From Gemmatimonadota bacterium (GTDB lineage: Bacteria > Gemmatimonadota > Gemmatimonadetes > Palauibacterales > KS3-K002), in contig CP070815.1 of the NCBI GenBank assembly GCA_020344215.1, positions 3,321,296-3,385,295 of the forward strand: a DNA stretch of 64,000 nucleotides, written 5' to 3'. The notes beneath the pieces were generated by a model. The model was given only the letters and a program-made list of their open reading frames with translations. It made no database searches and had not been told where the DNA came from. The position numbers and the translations under genes were made by a program. This document shows positions 16,553-25,607 of this stretch, one piece after another; position 1 is the stretch's first letter, and the number at the start of each line of letters is the position of its first letter.

Positions 16553-16889
16553 TCGGTTGGCGTAAAGCTGTCGGGTGAGCGGTGCCGTGGGCGTGGGCAG
16601 GCGGGCGCGCCGTGTTGTGGCGGACAGTGTGTCCAATCCATTGTCTTTTATGGAGTTAGGGACGCCGCGCCGAGCCGGCCTCGGGGCTGTGGTGGTCGGA
16701 CTGCGCGAGGACGGCTGTGGCCCCGCAGCCGATCCACCGGTCACCGGAGCACTCGCACCCCTCTTTCAATGAGCTGAACCGCGGGGTATCATTCAGCCCA
16801 TCGCAGTCAGATTCAAAGCGCCGATGTCCGCTTGGCTCGCCTTGTTGGACCGGGCGGGCGTGGCCCGGTGAGGTGAAAGGGAGAAAGAG

Positions 16890-17531
16890 ATGGCAGTGGG
16901 GCATGAGGAGCGGCGCGACGACGCCATCCAAATCGGAGAGTGGAAGGTCGAGCGCCGGCTGGCAACGGCGCGAATCGAGGGAGGCGGCCCGCTGAACGTC
17001 GCCGACGAATGCAGAGGCCACTGCTGTCTTCACGGCGTGTACGCGTCGCTGCCCGAGCGGGATCGAATCTTGGAGTATGCGGATCGGATCGTGGCTGTCA
17101 TGGACGATACGCAGACCGCCGACACGAGCCTGTGGTTCGAGGAGGAGGTCGAAGAGGATGAGGATTACCCCGGCGGCCTCTGCGTGGGGACGGCGGTTTA
17201 CCGGGACAAGTGCGCCTTCCTGAACCGTGATGGGCTGTGCGTCCTGCAGATTCTGGAGCCCAGCCTGCGCCTCCCAGGGGGCGAGCGGCTGAAGCCGTTC
17301 TACTGCCGACTGTTTCCGCTGACCACCTGGGCTGATCGCCTGGAGTTTGACGACCTGTGCGACGGCGTCAGGCCCTGCTGCACGCTGGCCGCGGACGGGC
17401 CCACGCGAGCGATCGACGCTTACGCCTTCGAGTTCAAAGCGGTGTTGGGTGCGGAGGGCTACCAAGAGCTGCGCCGTGTGGCCGGAGGGTGCGAGGAGCG
17501 GGAGCCGGCCGGGAGCCGGCCGGGCGGCTAG
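16890..17531 (+). CDS. DUF3109-like Cys-rich protein
   Basis: CRGHCCLHG, KCAFLNRDGLCVLQ and KPFYCRLFPL motifs match my recollection of the DUF3109 cysteine pattern. Confidence 0.55.
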   Translation: MAVGHEERRDDAIQIGEWKVERRLATARIEGGGPLNVADECRGHCCLHGVYASLPERDRILEYADRIVAVMDDTQTADTSLWFEEEVEEDEDYPGGLCVGTAVYRDKCAFLNRDGLCVLQILEPSLRLPGGERLKPFYCRLFPLTTWADRLEFDDLCDGVRPCCTLAADGPTRAIDAYAFEFKAVLGAEGYQELRRVAGGCEEREPAGSRPGG

Positions 17532-17929
17532 CGGGCGGCGACGACCTGAACGCCGACCTTTCTGGCTCTGGGTCCGTCGAACTCGGCGAGAAAGACGGCC
17601 TGCCAGGTTCCCAGCACGATATCTCCGTCGGCCACGAGCAGCGTCGCCCCCGGGTCGATGAGGCTCGTCTTGACGTGGGAGTCGGAATTCCCCTCGGCGT
17701 GCCGGTAGGCGGACTCATCGCTCGGCACGAGCTCACCCAGTTTCCAGGCGATATCTCGTGCCACATCGGGGTCCGCCCCCTCGTTCACCGTGAGACCGCA
17801 GGTCGTGTGGAAAGACCACAGATGCGCCACGCCCTCATCGACCCGGGCGCGGCGCACCGCCTCGCGGACTAGCGCGGTGATGTCGACGAGCTGTTCGCGC
17901 CGCGCCGTCCGGATCTCAAGGGTTTCCAT
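17528..17929 (-). CDS. YjbQ/UPF0047 family secondary thiamine-phosphate synthase-like protein
   Basis: HTTCGLTVNEGADPDV...RHAEGNSDSHVKTSLIDPGATLLV...LGTWQAVFLAEFDGPRARKV is typical of the YjbQ family. Confidence 0.85.
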   Translation of the reverse strand: METLEIRTARREQLVDITALVREAVRRARVDEGVAHLWSFHTTCGLTVNEGADPDVARDIAWKLGELVPSDESAYRHAEGNSDSHVKTSLIDPGATLLVADGDIVLGTWQAVFLAEFDGPRARKVGVQVVAAR

Positions 17930-18260
17930 GCTTGGCCTCAGACTTGTCAGGCGTCGGGTCGGTCGGGGACTCGGGTGGCGGACGGCTCCCGGCGGTCCCC
18001 GCCTCCTTGGTGGCTTCCGGCTCGTCCGGCGCGATGGTCTCGGCCGGGCGCGGCGCTATACGCTTAAGCTCGTCCCGGGCGTCTGCCTCTCTGCCGGCCT
18101 GGGCGATCTCCGATTTGACCTCGTTAAGTGCCTTCTGGAACTCACGCAGGCTCTTACCGATCGCCTGGGCGATACCGGGCAGCCGGCGCGGCCCGAAGAA
18201 GATGAGCGCGATGGCCAGGATGACGATGAACTCGGTCCAGCCGATGTTGCCGATTCCCAT
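17916..18260 (-). CDS. tatA: Twin-arginine translocase subunit TatA/E
   Basis: MGIGNIGWTEFIVILAIALIFFGPRRLPGIAQAIGKSLREFQKAL is the canonical TatA TM plus amphipathic helix. The upstream 93 codons of the track ORF are repeat-element sequence. Confidence 0.85.
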   Translation of the reverse strand: MGIGNIGWTEFIVILAIALIFFGPRRLPGIAQAIGKSLREFQKALNEVKSEIAQAGREADARDELKRIAPRPAETIAPDEPEATKEAGTAGSRPPPESPTDPTPDKSEAKHGNP

Positions 18261-18322
18261 GCGACTACGCTGCTGGTTAGGGTTCGTGCTGCCTGGGACC
18301 GAGTAAATATATGCCTTACGCT

Positions 18323-18540
18323 GGGAATTCTCGAATAGAGCGGTTGGAACTAGGAATGGCGGTTGGGATTCGGGAATCCGGGTATCCAGGGATTGGGGAC
18401 TTCGGGAGTCGGGGACTCGGGGAGTCAGGGCGGTTGGGAAAGTCGGACCCTGCTCAATCCAATCCCTAGCTTCCGGGTTCCTGGATACGCGGAGTCCCGG
18501 AGTCACGAATCCCGGAATCCCCGACTCCCACCGGTTCATA
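18323..18540. repeat. GGGGAWTC-rich inverted-repeat intergenic element, copy B
   Basis: GGAGTCGGGGA (18405-18415) and its exact reverse complement TCCCCGACTCC (18518-18528). GGGTATCCAGG (18380-18390) pairs with CCTGGATAC (18481-18489). GGGAATTCTC at 18323-18332 is shared with copies A and C. Confidence 0.65.
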
Positions 18541-19623
18541 CGAGCAGAAGGGGTCCGATTCCATGACGTCGCCGGTCATGCCGTAGGCGCGGGCCCGCGA
18601 GCCCCCGCACATCCAGCGGAACTCGCAGCGACCGCACTTCCCTTTCAGCCGGTCCATATCGCGCAGTTCTGCCAGGTGGGGTGAGTTGCGATAGATGGAG
18701 GAGAGCGGCTCGGCACGCACGTTGCCGAGCAGCGGGTGCGGCAGGAAACCCGCCGGGTAAACCTCCCCCTTGTGCGAGACGAAGATCACGCCGTTCCCGT
18801 CCCGTACCCCGAAGCCCATGCGCATGGCCTGCTTACCCACCTGCTCCAGCGGCATGCCCTCCTCGAGCTTGCGCTGTAGCCAGAACCTCCGGTAGTGCGG
18901 TGCTTCGACGGTGCCGACGTGGAACGGCGCGTCGTCTGCGACCTCGTACACCCAGGCACAGAGTTCCTCGATGGCCTGGGCTGAGGGGATCCCCAGCTCT
19001 TCGCCCCGCCCCACAGGGACGAGCAGGAATAGGCTCCAGCGTCGTACCGGGGGCACGAACTCCGCGCTCAGCAGCCGGTACATCTCCTCGAGGTGAGGCA
19101 GGGTCTCGCTGGTGACCGTCGTGTTGATCTGGACGGGTATCCCGAACTCGCGCGCCCAGCCCAGCGCGTTGATCGAGTTGACGAAAGTGCCCGCCACGCC
19201 GCGGAAGGAATCGTGGACCTGCTCGTTCGGGCCGTCCAAGCTCGTCCCCATGGCGGAGACGCCCAGTTGCTTGAACTTCTCTACCACCTCGCGGGTGAGG
19301 GTCGGTGTCGTGCTGGGCGTGATGCTGACCGGGAGGCCGATCTGCCGGCCGTAGGCGATCAGGTCGAAGAGGTCCGGTCGCTTCATCGGATCGCCGCCCG
19401 TCAGGATGATCATGCTGCCCATCTCCTTCACGTCACGCATCAGCGCCTCCCCCTCCCTAGTGGACAGCTCGAGAGGGTCACGGTGCGGGATCGCGGACGC
19501 CCGGCAGTGCACGCACTCGAGGTCGCACGCGATGGTCATCTCCCAGTAGACGTTGCGCGGTGCCCGCTTGAAGACGTACCCGGGATAGTTGGTTTTCTGG
19601 ACGAGTTCCGCTTGAAGGCCCAT
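18466..19623 (-). CDS. Radical SAM/SPASM domain protein (AhbD/NirJ-like)
   Basis: CDLECVHCR CxxxCxxC cluster motif, ILTGGDPMKRPD, SLDGPNEQVHDSFRGVAGTF, QINTTVT, and a C-terminal SPASM Cys cluster (GKCGRCEFRWMCGGSRARAY...DPFCSY). The last ~22 codons (VGVGDSGIRDSGTPRIQEPGS) lie in repeat copy B. Confidence 0.85.
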   Translation of the reverse strand: MGLQAELVQKTNYPGYVFKRAPRNVYWEMTIACDLECVHCRASAIPHRDPLELSTREGEALMRDVKEMGSMIILTGGDPMKRPDLFDLIAYGRQIGLPVSITPSTTPTLTREVVEKFKQLGVSAMGTSLDGPNEQVHDSFRGVAGTFVNSINALGWAREFGIPVQINTTVTSETLPHLEEMYRLLSAEFVPPVRRWSLFLLVPVGRGEELGIPSAQAIEELCAWVYEVADDAPFHVGTVEAPHYRRFWLQRKLEEGMPLEQVGKQAMRMGFGVRDGNGVIFVSHKGEVYPAGFLPHPLLGNVRAEPLSSIYRNSPHLAELRDMDRLKGKCGRCEFRWMCGGSRARAYGMTGDVMESDPFCSYEPVGVGDSGIRDSGTPRIQEPGS

Positions 19624-19733
19624 TCTTCGGTAATCAGTATATAGTAGGCGGTGATCGGCGACGGACGGCCGACCACTGATCGCTTCTGATTCGAGCTAAA
19701 GGCTGCAACATACGAAAAACCAAGGATTTCGCC

Positions 19734-20267
19734 ATGGGAGACACATCGCTGCCCCTCACCGTCGGCGACTCGTCGTTGGACGAGGCCCGGCCTGTCAGCC
19801 ACTCGCAGCAGACCATGACCCACCTGGCCTCGCCTCAGGACGGCAACTTGCGGGGTAGCGTCTTCGGCGGCGTGATCCTGGCGCTCGTAGACAAGATCGC
19901 CTACGTGTGTGCCACGCGGCATGCCGACTGCCCGACCGTGACCGCCTCCTTCGACCAGGTCGACTTCCGCTCACCTATCGAGATAGGTGAGATCGTGACG
20001 CTCGAGGCGTCGGTGAACTGGGTGGGCCGGACATCGATGGAGATCGGTGTGCGAGTTATGGCGGAATCGGTCACCGGCGGCTCGCCCCGGCACACGAACT
20101 CCTGCTACGTAACGATGGTCGCGGTCGATGAGGTCGGTAAGCCACAGCCGGTCCCGAAGCTGGTCATCGAGGACGAGGTGCAGTACCGGAGGTACCGGGA
20201 CGCCGTCGAGCGACGGGAGGCGCGGCTGAGGCTGACCGAGGAGAGACGGCGGCGAAGGCAAGAGTGA
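19734..20267 (+). CDS. Acyl-CoA thioesterase (hotdog fold, YciA-like)
   Basis: GNLRGSVFGGVILALVDKIAYVCA...VTASFDQVDFRSPIEIGEIVTLEASVNWVGRTSMEIGVRV is a typical hotdog thioesterase pattern. Confidence 0.8.
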   Translation: MGDTSLPLTVGDSSLDEARPVSHSQQTMTHLASPQDGNLRGSVFGGVILALVDKIAYVCATRHADCPTVTASFDQVDFRSPIEIGEIVTLEASVNWVGRTSMEIGVRVMAESVTGGSPRHTNSCYVTMVAVDEVGKPQPVPKLVIEDEVQYRRYRDAVERREARLRLTEERRRRRQE

Positions 20268-20276
20268 TGGGTCGAG

Positions 20277-20834
20277 CTAGTGGTACCCACCCCGAAGGAT
20301 CCTCACCACTTCGTTCCCGTAGAACATCTCAATGTACTTGGCCTGAACGGGCGTGACCCGGCGCACCGCCCAGACGAGCTCGACGTGGTTCGGCTCCGTC
20401 GCCGCCTGCAGCGGCTTCATATTGGCTTCTGCAGGCGTGCGATTCCCCTTCTTGTGATTACAGCGCGTACACGCCGTGATCACGTTGTCCCAAGTGTTAT
20501 CGCCGCCGCGGCATAGCGGCAGCAGGTGATCCCGGGTCAGGAACTCGCGATGCCCGAGGTGGCGCCGGTGCCGCCCGCAGTATTGGCAGCTGTAGTGGTC
20601 GCGGGCGAAGAGGAAGGTGTTGGTCACGTGGCGGCGGAAGCGGCGCGGGACGTGGACGTACCTGACCAGGCGGATGACGACGGGGGCCGGGAAGACGAGG
20701 CTCTCCGACCTGAAGTACCGTGCCTCGTCGACCTCGAGAGCCTCGGCCTTCCGGTCGATGACCAGGCGAAGCGCCCGCCGAAGCGGGACGATAGTGAGCG
20801 GCTCGTAGGACGCGTTAAGCGTCAGGCATCCCAT
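20277..20834 (-). CDS. HNH endonuclease
   Basis: CQYCG...TRDHLLPLCRGGDNTWDNVITACTRCNHKKGNR is the HNH motif. Start set at MGCLTLNASYEPL (20834); the track ORF extends to 20939. Confidence 0.8.
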   Translation of the reverse strand: MGCLTLNASYEPLTIVPLRRALRLVIDRKAEALEVDEARYFRSESLVFPAPVVIRLVRYVHVPRRFRRHVTNTFLFARDHYSCQYCGRHRRHLGHREFLTRDHLLPLCRGGDNTWDNVITACTRCNHKKGNRTPAEANMKPLQAATEPNHVELVWAVRRVTPVQAKYIEMFYGNEVVRILRGGYH

Positions 20835-21037
20835 GACGTCAAGTCGCCTTGTCGTGAACGCACGAGAGGGTTCGTGATTCTTACCGGGCAGCGTGCGTTT
20901 GTCAAGGACGCGGCAAAGATCGCCCGGCGGGGAAGTCACTGTGGCCGCGGGTGTTTAGCCCGCCCGCCTAATGTTAAACACCAGGTGCAGCGAAATGTGC
21001 CAGCGCGGGTGGGGCCGGCGCGAATGAGGCGTGTGGG

Positions 21038-21409
21038 CTAGCGGTCGCGCAGCTCGATGGGCTCGACCGGATACTCCACGTGGAAGTAGTGGCTGGAGTT
21101 CTCGTGGTTGATATGGATGTGGACCACGGTGACCCCATCGGTCACCTCACGATTGAACATCGTGACCTCTATGCCCTTGGAGAGGCTGACAGGGCCCAGG
21201 TCGCTGATGCCCTGCGGGTACTCCATGTGGTCGGCGAAATAGGATTCGCACATCGTGATGAGATGTCGCAGGTCCTCGACGGCGGCGGCGTCGTAGGCCC
21301 GCTCTCTGGCCCGACTGTACTTTGGCAGGGCGATCATCGCGAGCAGTCCGATGATCAGAATGACAACGAGAAGCTCTATTAACGTGAAGCCGCGCCGGTT
21401 CACAGACAT
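21038..21409 (-). CDS. Prepilin-type N-terminal cleavage/methylation domain protein (type IV pilin / pseudopilin)
   Basis: RRGFTLIELLVVILIIGLLAMIALP is the class III signal peptide with the conserved G|FTLIE. Confidence 0.75.
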   Translation of the reverse strand: MSVNRRGFTLIELLVVILIIGLLAMIALPKYSRARERAYDAAAVEDLRHLITMCESYFADHMEYPQGISDLGPVSLSKGIEVTMFNREVTDGVTVVHIHINHENSSHYFHVEYPVEPIELRDR

Positions 21410-21625
21410 ACCAGCAACCCCGCTACCTTTCCCTCCCCGAAGCCGCTGCATCCCGTTGCGGTCGGCGTCCGGCCGCAGCGATGCCAGGATGGGAGTCAGG
21501 CACCCAGCTACACGTAACTACCCAGTTGACGGATAGTTAGGGAAAGAACGCGGGCGGGAGGCGGCGGGATGCAGCGCCGCCGACGCGCTGGTTAGGACTT
21601 ACGGCAAATTTACCGGCCGTTCTCG

Positions 21626-24103
21626 CTAAAGCAAGCTTATCGGATCCCGGTCGATCTCCAGGCGCAGGTCGCCGGCCGGGCGCTCGAACCGGGTGGCGAA
21701 GTAGCCGAGCACGCGGCCGAGCGCCGCCGCGTCGCGCGACTTGAGGACGAGGTGCCAGCGCCAGCGGTGGCGGATGCGGTCGATAGGGCAGGGCGCTGGG
21801 CCCAGCAGGTCGATGGTGGCGATCCGCTGCGCCTCGAGGAGGCCTGCGAGCCATCTTGACGCGGACTCCGCGGTCTGCTGGACGGCCAGCTCACGGGTCC
21901 CGGAGATGACCAAGTTGGCGAGTCGGTTGTGGGGCGGGTAAGATGGGCCGGCGCGCTCCTCGAGCTCGCGCGCGGCAAAGCCGTAGTAGTCGTGAGCGAT
22001 GGCGAACTGGACGGCATAGTGGTTGGGAAGGGACGTCTGAACGATGACTTGGCCGCCCGCAGGCCCGCGGCCGGCGCGCCCGGCCACCTGAGTGAGGAGC
22101 TGGAAGGTCCGCTCGCTGGTCCGGAAGTCTGGGAGGTTGAGGCCGACGTCGGCGTTGATGGCGCCCACGAGGGTCACGTTGGGGAAGTCGAGGCCCTTGG
22201 CAATCATCTGGGTGCCGAGCAGGATGTCCACCTCGTGCCGCTCGACCCGGCCCAAGATCTCGTGGTGCGACCACTTGCCGCTCGTCGTGTCCACATCCAT
22301 GCGGGCGACACGGACACTGGCGAACGTTTCGCCGAGGACCCGCTCGACCTGCTCGGTGCCCACACCGCGGTGGCTGAGGTTCGTGGAGCCGCAGTCGGGA
22401 CACGACTCGGGGGTGGGCTCCTGGTGATTGCAGTAGTGGCAGACCAGGCGCGGAGGTCGCCGGTGCTGTGTCAGCGACACGTTGCAGCGCCAGCAGGTGC
22501 GCACGGCACCGCAGTCGCGGCATTGGGTGAAGTTGGCGTAGCCCCGTCGGTTGAGCAGCAGAATCGTCTGCTCACCGCGCCCCAGGCGTTCCTCGAGCGC
22601 CCGTTCGAGGGCGGTGGAGAGAACGAGCGGTCCGGGCGGCGATCCGGGCCCGGCGGCACGCGATTTCCGCTCCTCCCGCAGGTCGACGACCTGGACCGCG
22701 GGGAGTGGGCGCGCGCCGATTCGTTCGGGAAGTTCGATCAACTCCCATTTCCCCGACCTGACGTTCGACCAGCTCTCCAGCGATGGGGTCGCCGAGCCCA
22801 AGACAGTGAGAGCGCCGGCGCGCTGTGCCCGTAGCGCGGCGACTTCGCGGGCGTGATACCGGGGAGCCGGGTCGCTCTGCTTGTAAGAGGGCTCGTGCTC
22901 TTCGTCGATGATGATGGCGCCGAGGTCGCGGACGGGGGCGAATACCGTCGAGCGAGCGCCGATCACCACGCGCTTGGCACCGGTACGCAGCGCGCGCCAG
23001 GCCGCGTAGCGCTCCCCGTCGCTGAGCGCCGAGTGGAGCAACGCCACATCGTCACCGAATGCTGCCCGGAAACGGCTCAGCGTCTGCGGCGTGAGCGAGA
23101 TCTCGGGGACCAGGAGAATGGCGCCACGCCCTCGGTTCTTCACCAGCTCGCGGAGCAACTCGATGTAGACCAGCGTCTTGCCGGAACCGGTGACACCCTT
23201 GAGGACGAATACCCCGGGACGCCCGCGGCTTGTCGCCTCGACAAGCCGCTCGATGGCGGCGGCCTGCGCCTCTGTGGGTGTGTGTGATTCGTCTTGGACA
23301 GGGAGGTCGGCGAACGGGTCGACAACGGACTCTTCCACTCGAATCTCGGCGACGCCCTTGTCCACGAGCCCCTGGACCACCGATCGGCTCATCGCCAGCT
23401 GCTGTGTGAGGTGGGCGACCTCGGAGTGGCCACCGACAGTCTCCAGGTACTCGTACAATTCGCGCTGGCGACGTGCGCGGCCAAAGATTCGGTCCCGCTC
23501 CTGCAGGCTGGTCAGCTCACGGGTGAGGGCGATCACCTGCTGCGCGCGCACCCGCTGGTCGACCGCCGGGGCTTCACGCTCTATGTCTAGGAGCCCCTTA
23601 CCTGCCAACGCACTAGCCGCCCGGGCCCAGGGACCAGGGCCGAGCGCCTTGCTGACGCTGCTCAGTTTGACCGGCCCCCTCCGGCGCTCGAGGTGCTCCA
23701 GTAGCGTACGCTCGGTGGGCGTGAGCGCGGTGGCTTCAGCGCCGCGCCGACAAACCAGCCGCTCCGCCGACGCGGATGTGAGTCGTGAAGGCAACGCCGC
23801 CCTCAGGGTCAGCCCCAGGGGCGCCACGTAGTAGTCCGCTATCCAGCGGCAGAGCGCCAGCAGCTGGTCATCGAGCACCGGCTCCGGGTCGGGCACGTCC
23901 AGGACGTCGCGTACCGTATCCGGCAAGTCGAGCGGATCGCTCACTAGCTCGTCCACCCAACCGGTGAGCTGCCCGCGGCCGAACGGTACGACGACCCGGC
24001 TGCCGGGCTTGATTTCCCCCGTCAGGCTATCCGGCACCCGGTAGAGGAAGTTTCGGTACAGCGGTCGCGGCACCGCGACGCGCGCGTATAGCGTCACCGT
24101 CAT
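21626..24103 (-). CDS. priA: Primosomal protein N' (replication restart helicase PriA)
   Basis: 825 aa. Walker A GVTGSGKT, DEEH box (IIIDEEHEPSYKQ), Cys-rich zinc-binding insert (CRDCGAVRTCWRCNVSLTQH...CHYCNHQ...CPDCGS), C-terminal domain. Confidence 0.9.
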   Translation of the reverse strand: MTVTLYARVAVPRPLYRNFLYRVPDSLTGEIKPGSRVVVPFGRGQLTGWVDELVSDPLDLPDTVRDVLDVPDPEPVLDDQLLALCRWIADYYVAPLGLTLRAALPSRLTSASAERLVCRRGAEATALTPTERTLLEHLERRRGPVKLSSVSKALGPGPWARAASALAGKGLLDIEREAPAVDQRVRAQQVIALTRELTSLQERDRIFGRARRQRELYEYLETVGGHSEVAHLTQQLAMSRSVVQGLVDKGVAEIRVEESVVDPFADLPVQDESHTPTEAQAAAIERLVEATSRGRPGVFVLKGVTGSGKTLVYIELLRELVKNRGRGAILLVPEISLTPQTLSRFRAAFGDDVALLHSALSDGERYAAWRALRTGAKRVVIGARSTVFAPVRDLGAIIIDEEHEPSYKQSDPAPRYHAREVAALRAQRAGALTVLGSATPSLESWSNVRSGKWELIELPERIGARPLPAVQVVDLREERKSRAAGPGSPPGPLVLSTALERALEERLGRGEQTILLLNRRGYANFTQCRDCGAVRTCWRCNVSLTQHRRPPRLVCHYCNHQEPTPESCPDCGSTNLSHRGVGTEQVERVLGETFASVRVARMDVDTTSGKWSHHEILGRVERHEVDILLGTQMIAKGLDFPNVTLVGAINADVGLNLPDFRTSERTFQLLTQVAGRAGRGPAGGQVIVQTSLPNHYAVQFAIAHDYYGFAARELEERAGPSYPPHNRLANLVISGTRELAVQQTAESASRWLAGLLEAQRIATIDLLGPAPCPIDRIRHRWRWHLVLKSRDAAALGRVLGYFATRFERPAGDLRLEIDRDPISLL

Positions 24104-24475
24104 AATTCGGCCAGCGACAGGTGCGCTGGGGTCAGGATAGGGGACCTAGGCTTCACCGCCGAGAGATGCCCAGGCCGGGCTCGGCGGTCAAGTGAATGCG
24201 GCCCCGGGCGATGCATACGCCTACGAACGGGCCCTCGGCCAAGAGGGCCGCCCCGTCCAGGTCGGCGTAGGTGATTGAATAATAATTGCGAATCTCACCT
24301 TAAACTGGCCAATGCTATCAAAGTAACCTTGGGGCCAAGAGGCCGTAATGTTGTACAGCAAGACCCCGGCATCTATATGCGCTCGATTCGCGCACCTGAT
24401 GAAATCATTTAGTGACGATCTTACATTCCGGTTGACGGCACCCGTTCTTCTTTCGAATCTCTCTTTACTGAGTCT

Positions 24476-24750
24476 ATGAAAAACGATGACGGTTTGTCCG
24501 CCCCCTTCGGTGCTTATGCATTGACCGGATATCGAAAAGCGTTGCGATCTCTGGCGTCTTCTTTAAAGCCGAGTCGCCCGAGTTTGCGACTTCCTCTTCT
24601 TTTGAGAAGCTGTCCGGAATTCGGGGGTTACCGATGGTAGAAGCAGAAGTTTACGGTATCAAGATGCGCCTGTTTCCCGGCGATAATCTCGGAGACCGGT
24701 ATGTACTCTTCACGCCTTTCTATCTTGAAAAGGTAGAAAGAGAGTATCTT
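24476..24750 (+). pseudogene. Low-GC gene fragment, possibly the N-terminal part of an FkbM-type methyltransferase (frameshifted and truncated)
   Basis: MKNDDGLSAPFGAYALTGYRKALRSL... is followed, after a frame change, by FEKLSGIRGLPMVEAEVYGIKMRLFPGDNLGDRYVLFTPFYLEKVEREYL. The latter resembles the region preceding the SAM motif in FkbM-family enzymes. Homology stops where GC content rises at about 24750. Weak. Confidence 0.25.
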
Positions 24751-24899
24751 CCCCGTCGCTTGCCGCTCAGGCTGTCCTCGTCGGTCAGGCGGACCCAGAC
24801 GGCGAACCTCTCACCGTGCCCGGCCCGCGCGATAGCGAAGCGATGCCTGGTGGGGAGGGGGATGACCGCGTAGTCGAGGTTCAAGACCCCCCGCGAGCG

Positions 24900-25607
24900 C
24901 TAGTCGCCGACCTTCTCCCGCGGGAAGAACGCGACCCTGACAAAGTCGTAAGGCGGCCAGGGCCCGGTGAGATCGAACTGGAATTCGGGGTGATCCGCGT
25001 CCAACTCGTCGGCGTATTCGACGAAGGCGACCCAGTCGGCCCTGTTGACTAGGAAGGCGGCGGAGAGAACGCGCCGGCCCGCTGGCGGCAGAGTGAAGGC
25101 CGCCCGCGACCTGCGGCGCAGCGATGTGTAGAAGCTCGCCGCCTGGTCCGCCAGTTCACCTTCGCTTACGTCGGGACGTCGGCCGGATGGCTGGATGTGG
25201 AGTCGCATCTCGAACGCGCCGTCCAGGAAGGAAAGCGCCTCATCGAGGGCAACATGCTGGTCCTCGAGGAAATCCACTACGTGCTCGCGACTTCGGAAGA
25301 CGATCCCGTAGGGAGCCGGCACGATCGTCGCCCTCCGCATGGCGCGCTCGATCGTCGCGCTGTGCTGCTGGATGAACTCCTTGTTCCAATCGGGTAGGCG
25401 ATAGGGGACCGCGTGGACGAGTGCCGCCAGGCCGCGATGCTCGACCAGCTCGTCACCCGGCGTGCCCTTGAGCTTGGCCAAGGCGCGTTCCGACCCGCGG
25501 GCCCGCACGATGCCGTGCAGGAGCAGTCCTTGCTGCTCCGTGGCGTCGGTCTGTTCTGCGGCGTCCGCTTCGCTGGCTGCCGTCACAGGTTGCTCGAGCT
25601 TTCCCAT
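24900..25607 (-). CDS. GvpL/GvpF family gas-vesicle-protein homologue (orphan)
   Basis: LLLHGIV... HSATIERAMRRATIVPAPYGIVF ... GAFEMRLHI ... LSAAFLVNRADWVAFVEYADELD...FDLTGPWPPYDF follows the GvpF/GvpL pattern, including the C-terminal TGPWPPY motif. Confidence 0.75.
   Translation of the reverse strand: MGKLEQPVTAASEADAAEQTDATEQQGLLLHGIVRARGSERALAKLKGTPGDELVEHRGLAALVHAVPYRLPDWNKEFIQQHSATIERAMRRATIVPAPYGIVFRSREHVVDFLEDQHVALDEALSFLDGAFEMRLHIQPSGRRPDVSEGELADQAASFYTSLRRRSRAAFTLPPAGRRVLSAAFLVNRADWVAFVEYADELDADHPEFQFDLTGPWPPYDFVRVAFFPREKVGD

Noticed and set aside
18261-18539. N-terminal 93-aa extension of tatA, and the 55-aa extension of the 8319 ORF
   Set aside because: Both extensions are translations of the GGGGAWTC repeat elements. 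Canonical protein N-termini with plausible starts occur downstream (18260 and 8484).
24634-24873. 79-aa ORF as an intact gene
   Set aside because: Only its first ~38 codons lie in the low-GC fragment with protein-like sequence. The remainder is antisense high-GC DNA next to the GvpF gene end. It is treated as part of a pseudogene fragment.
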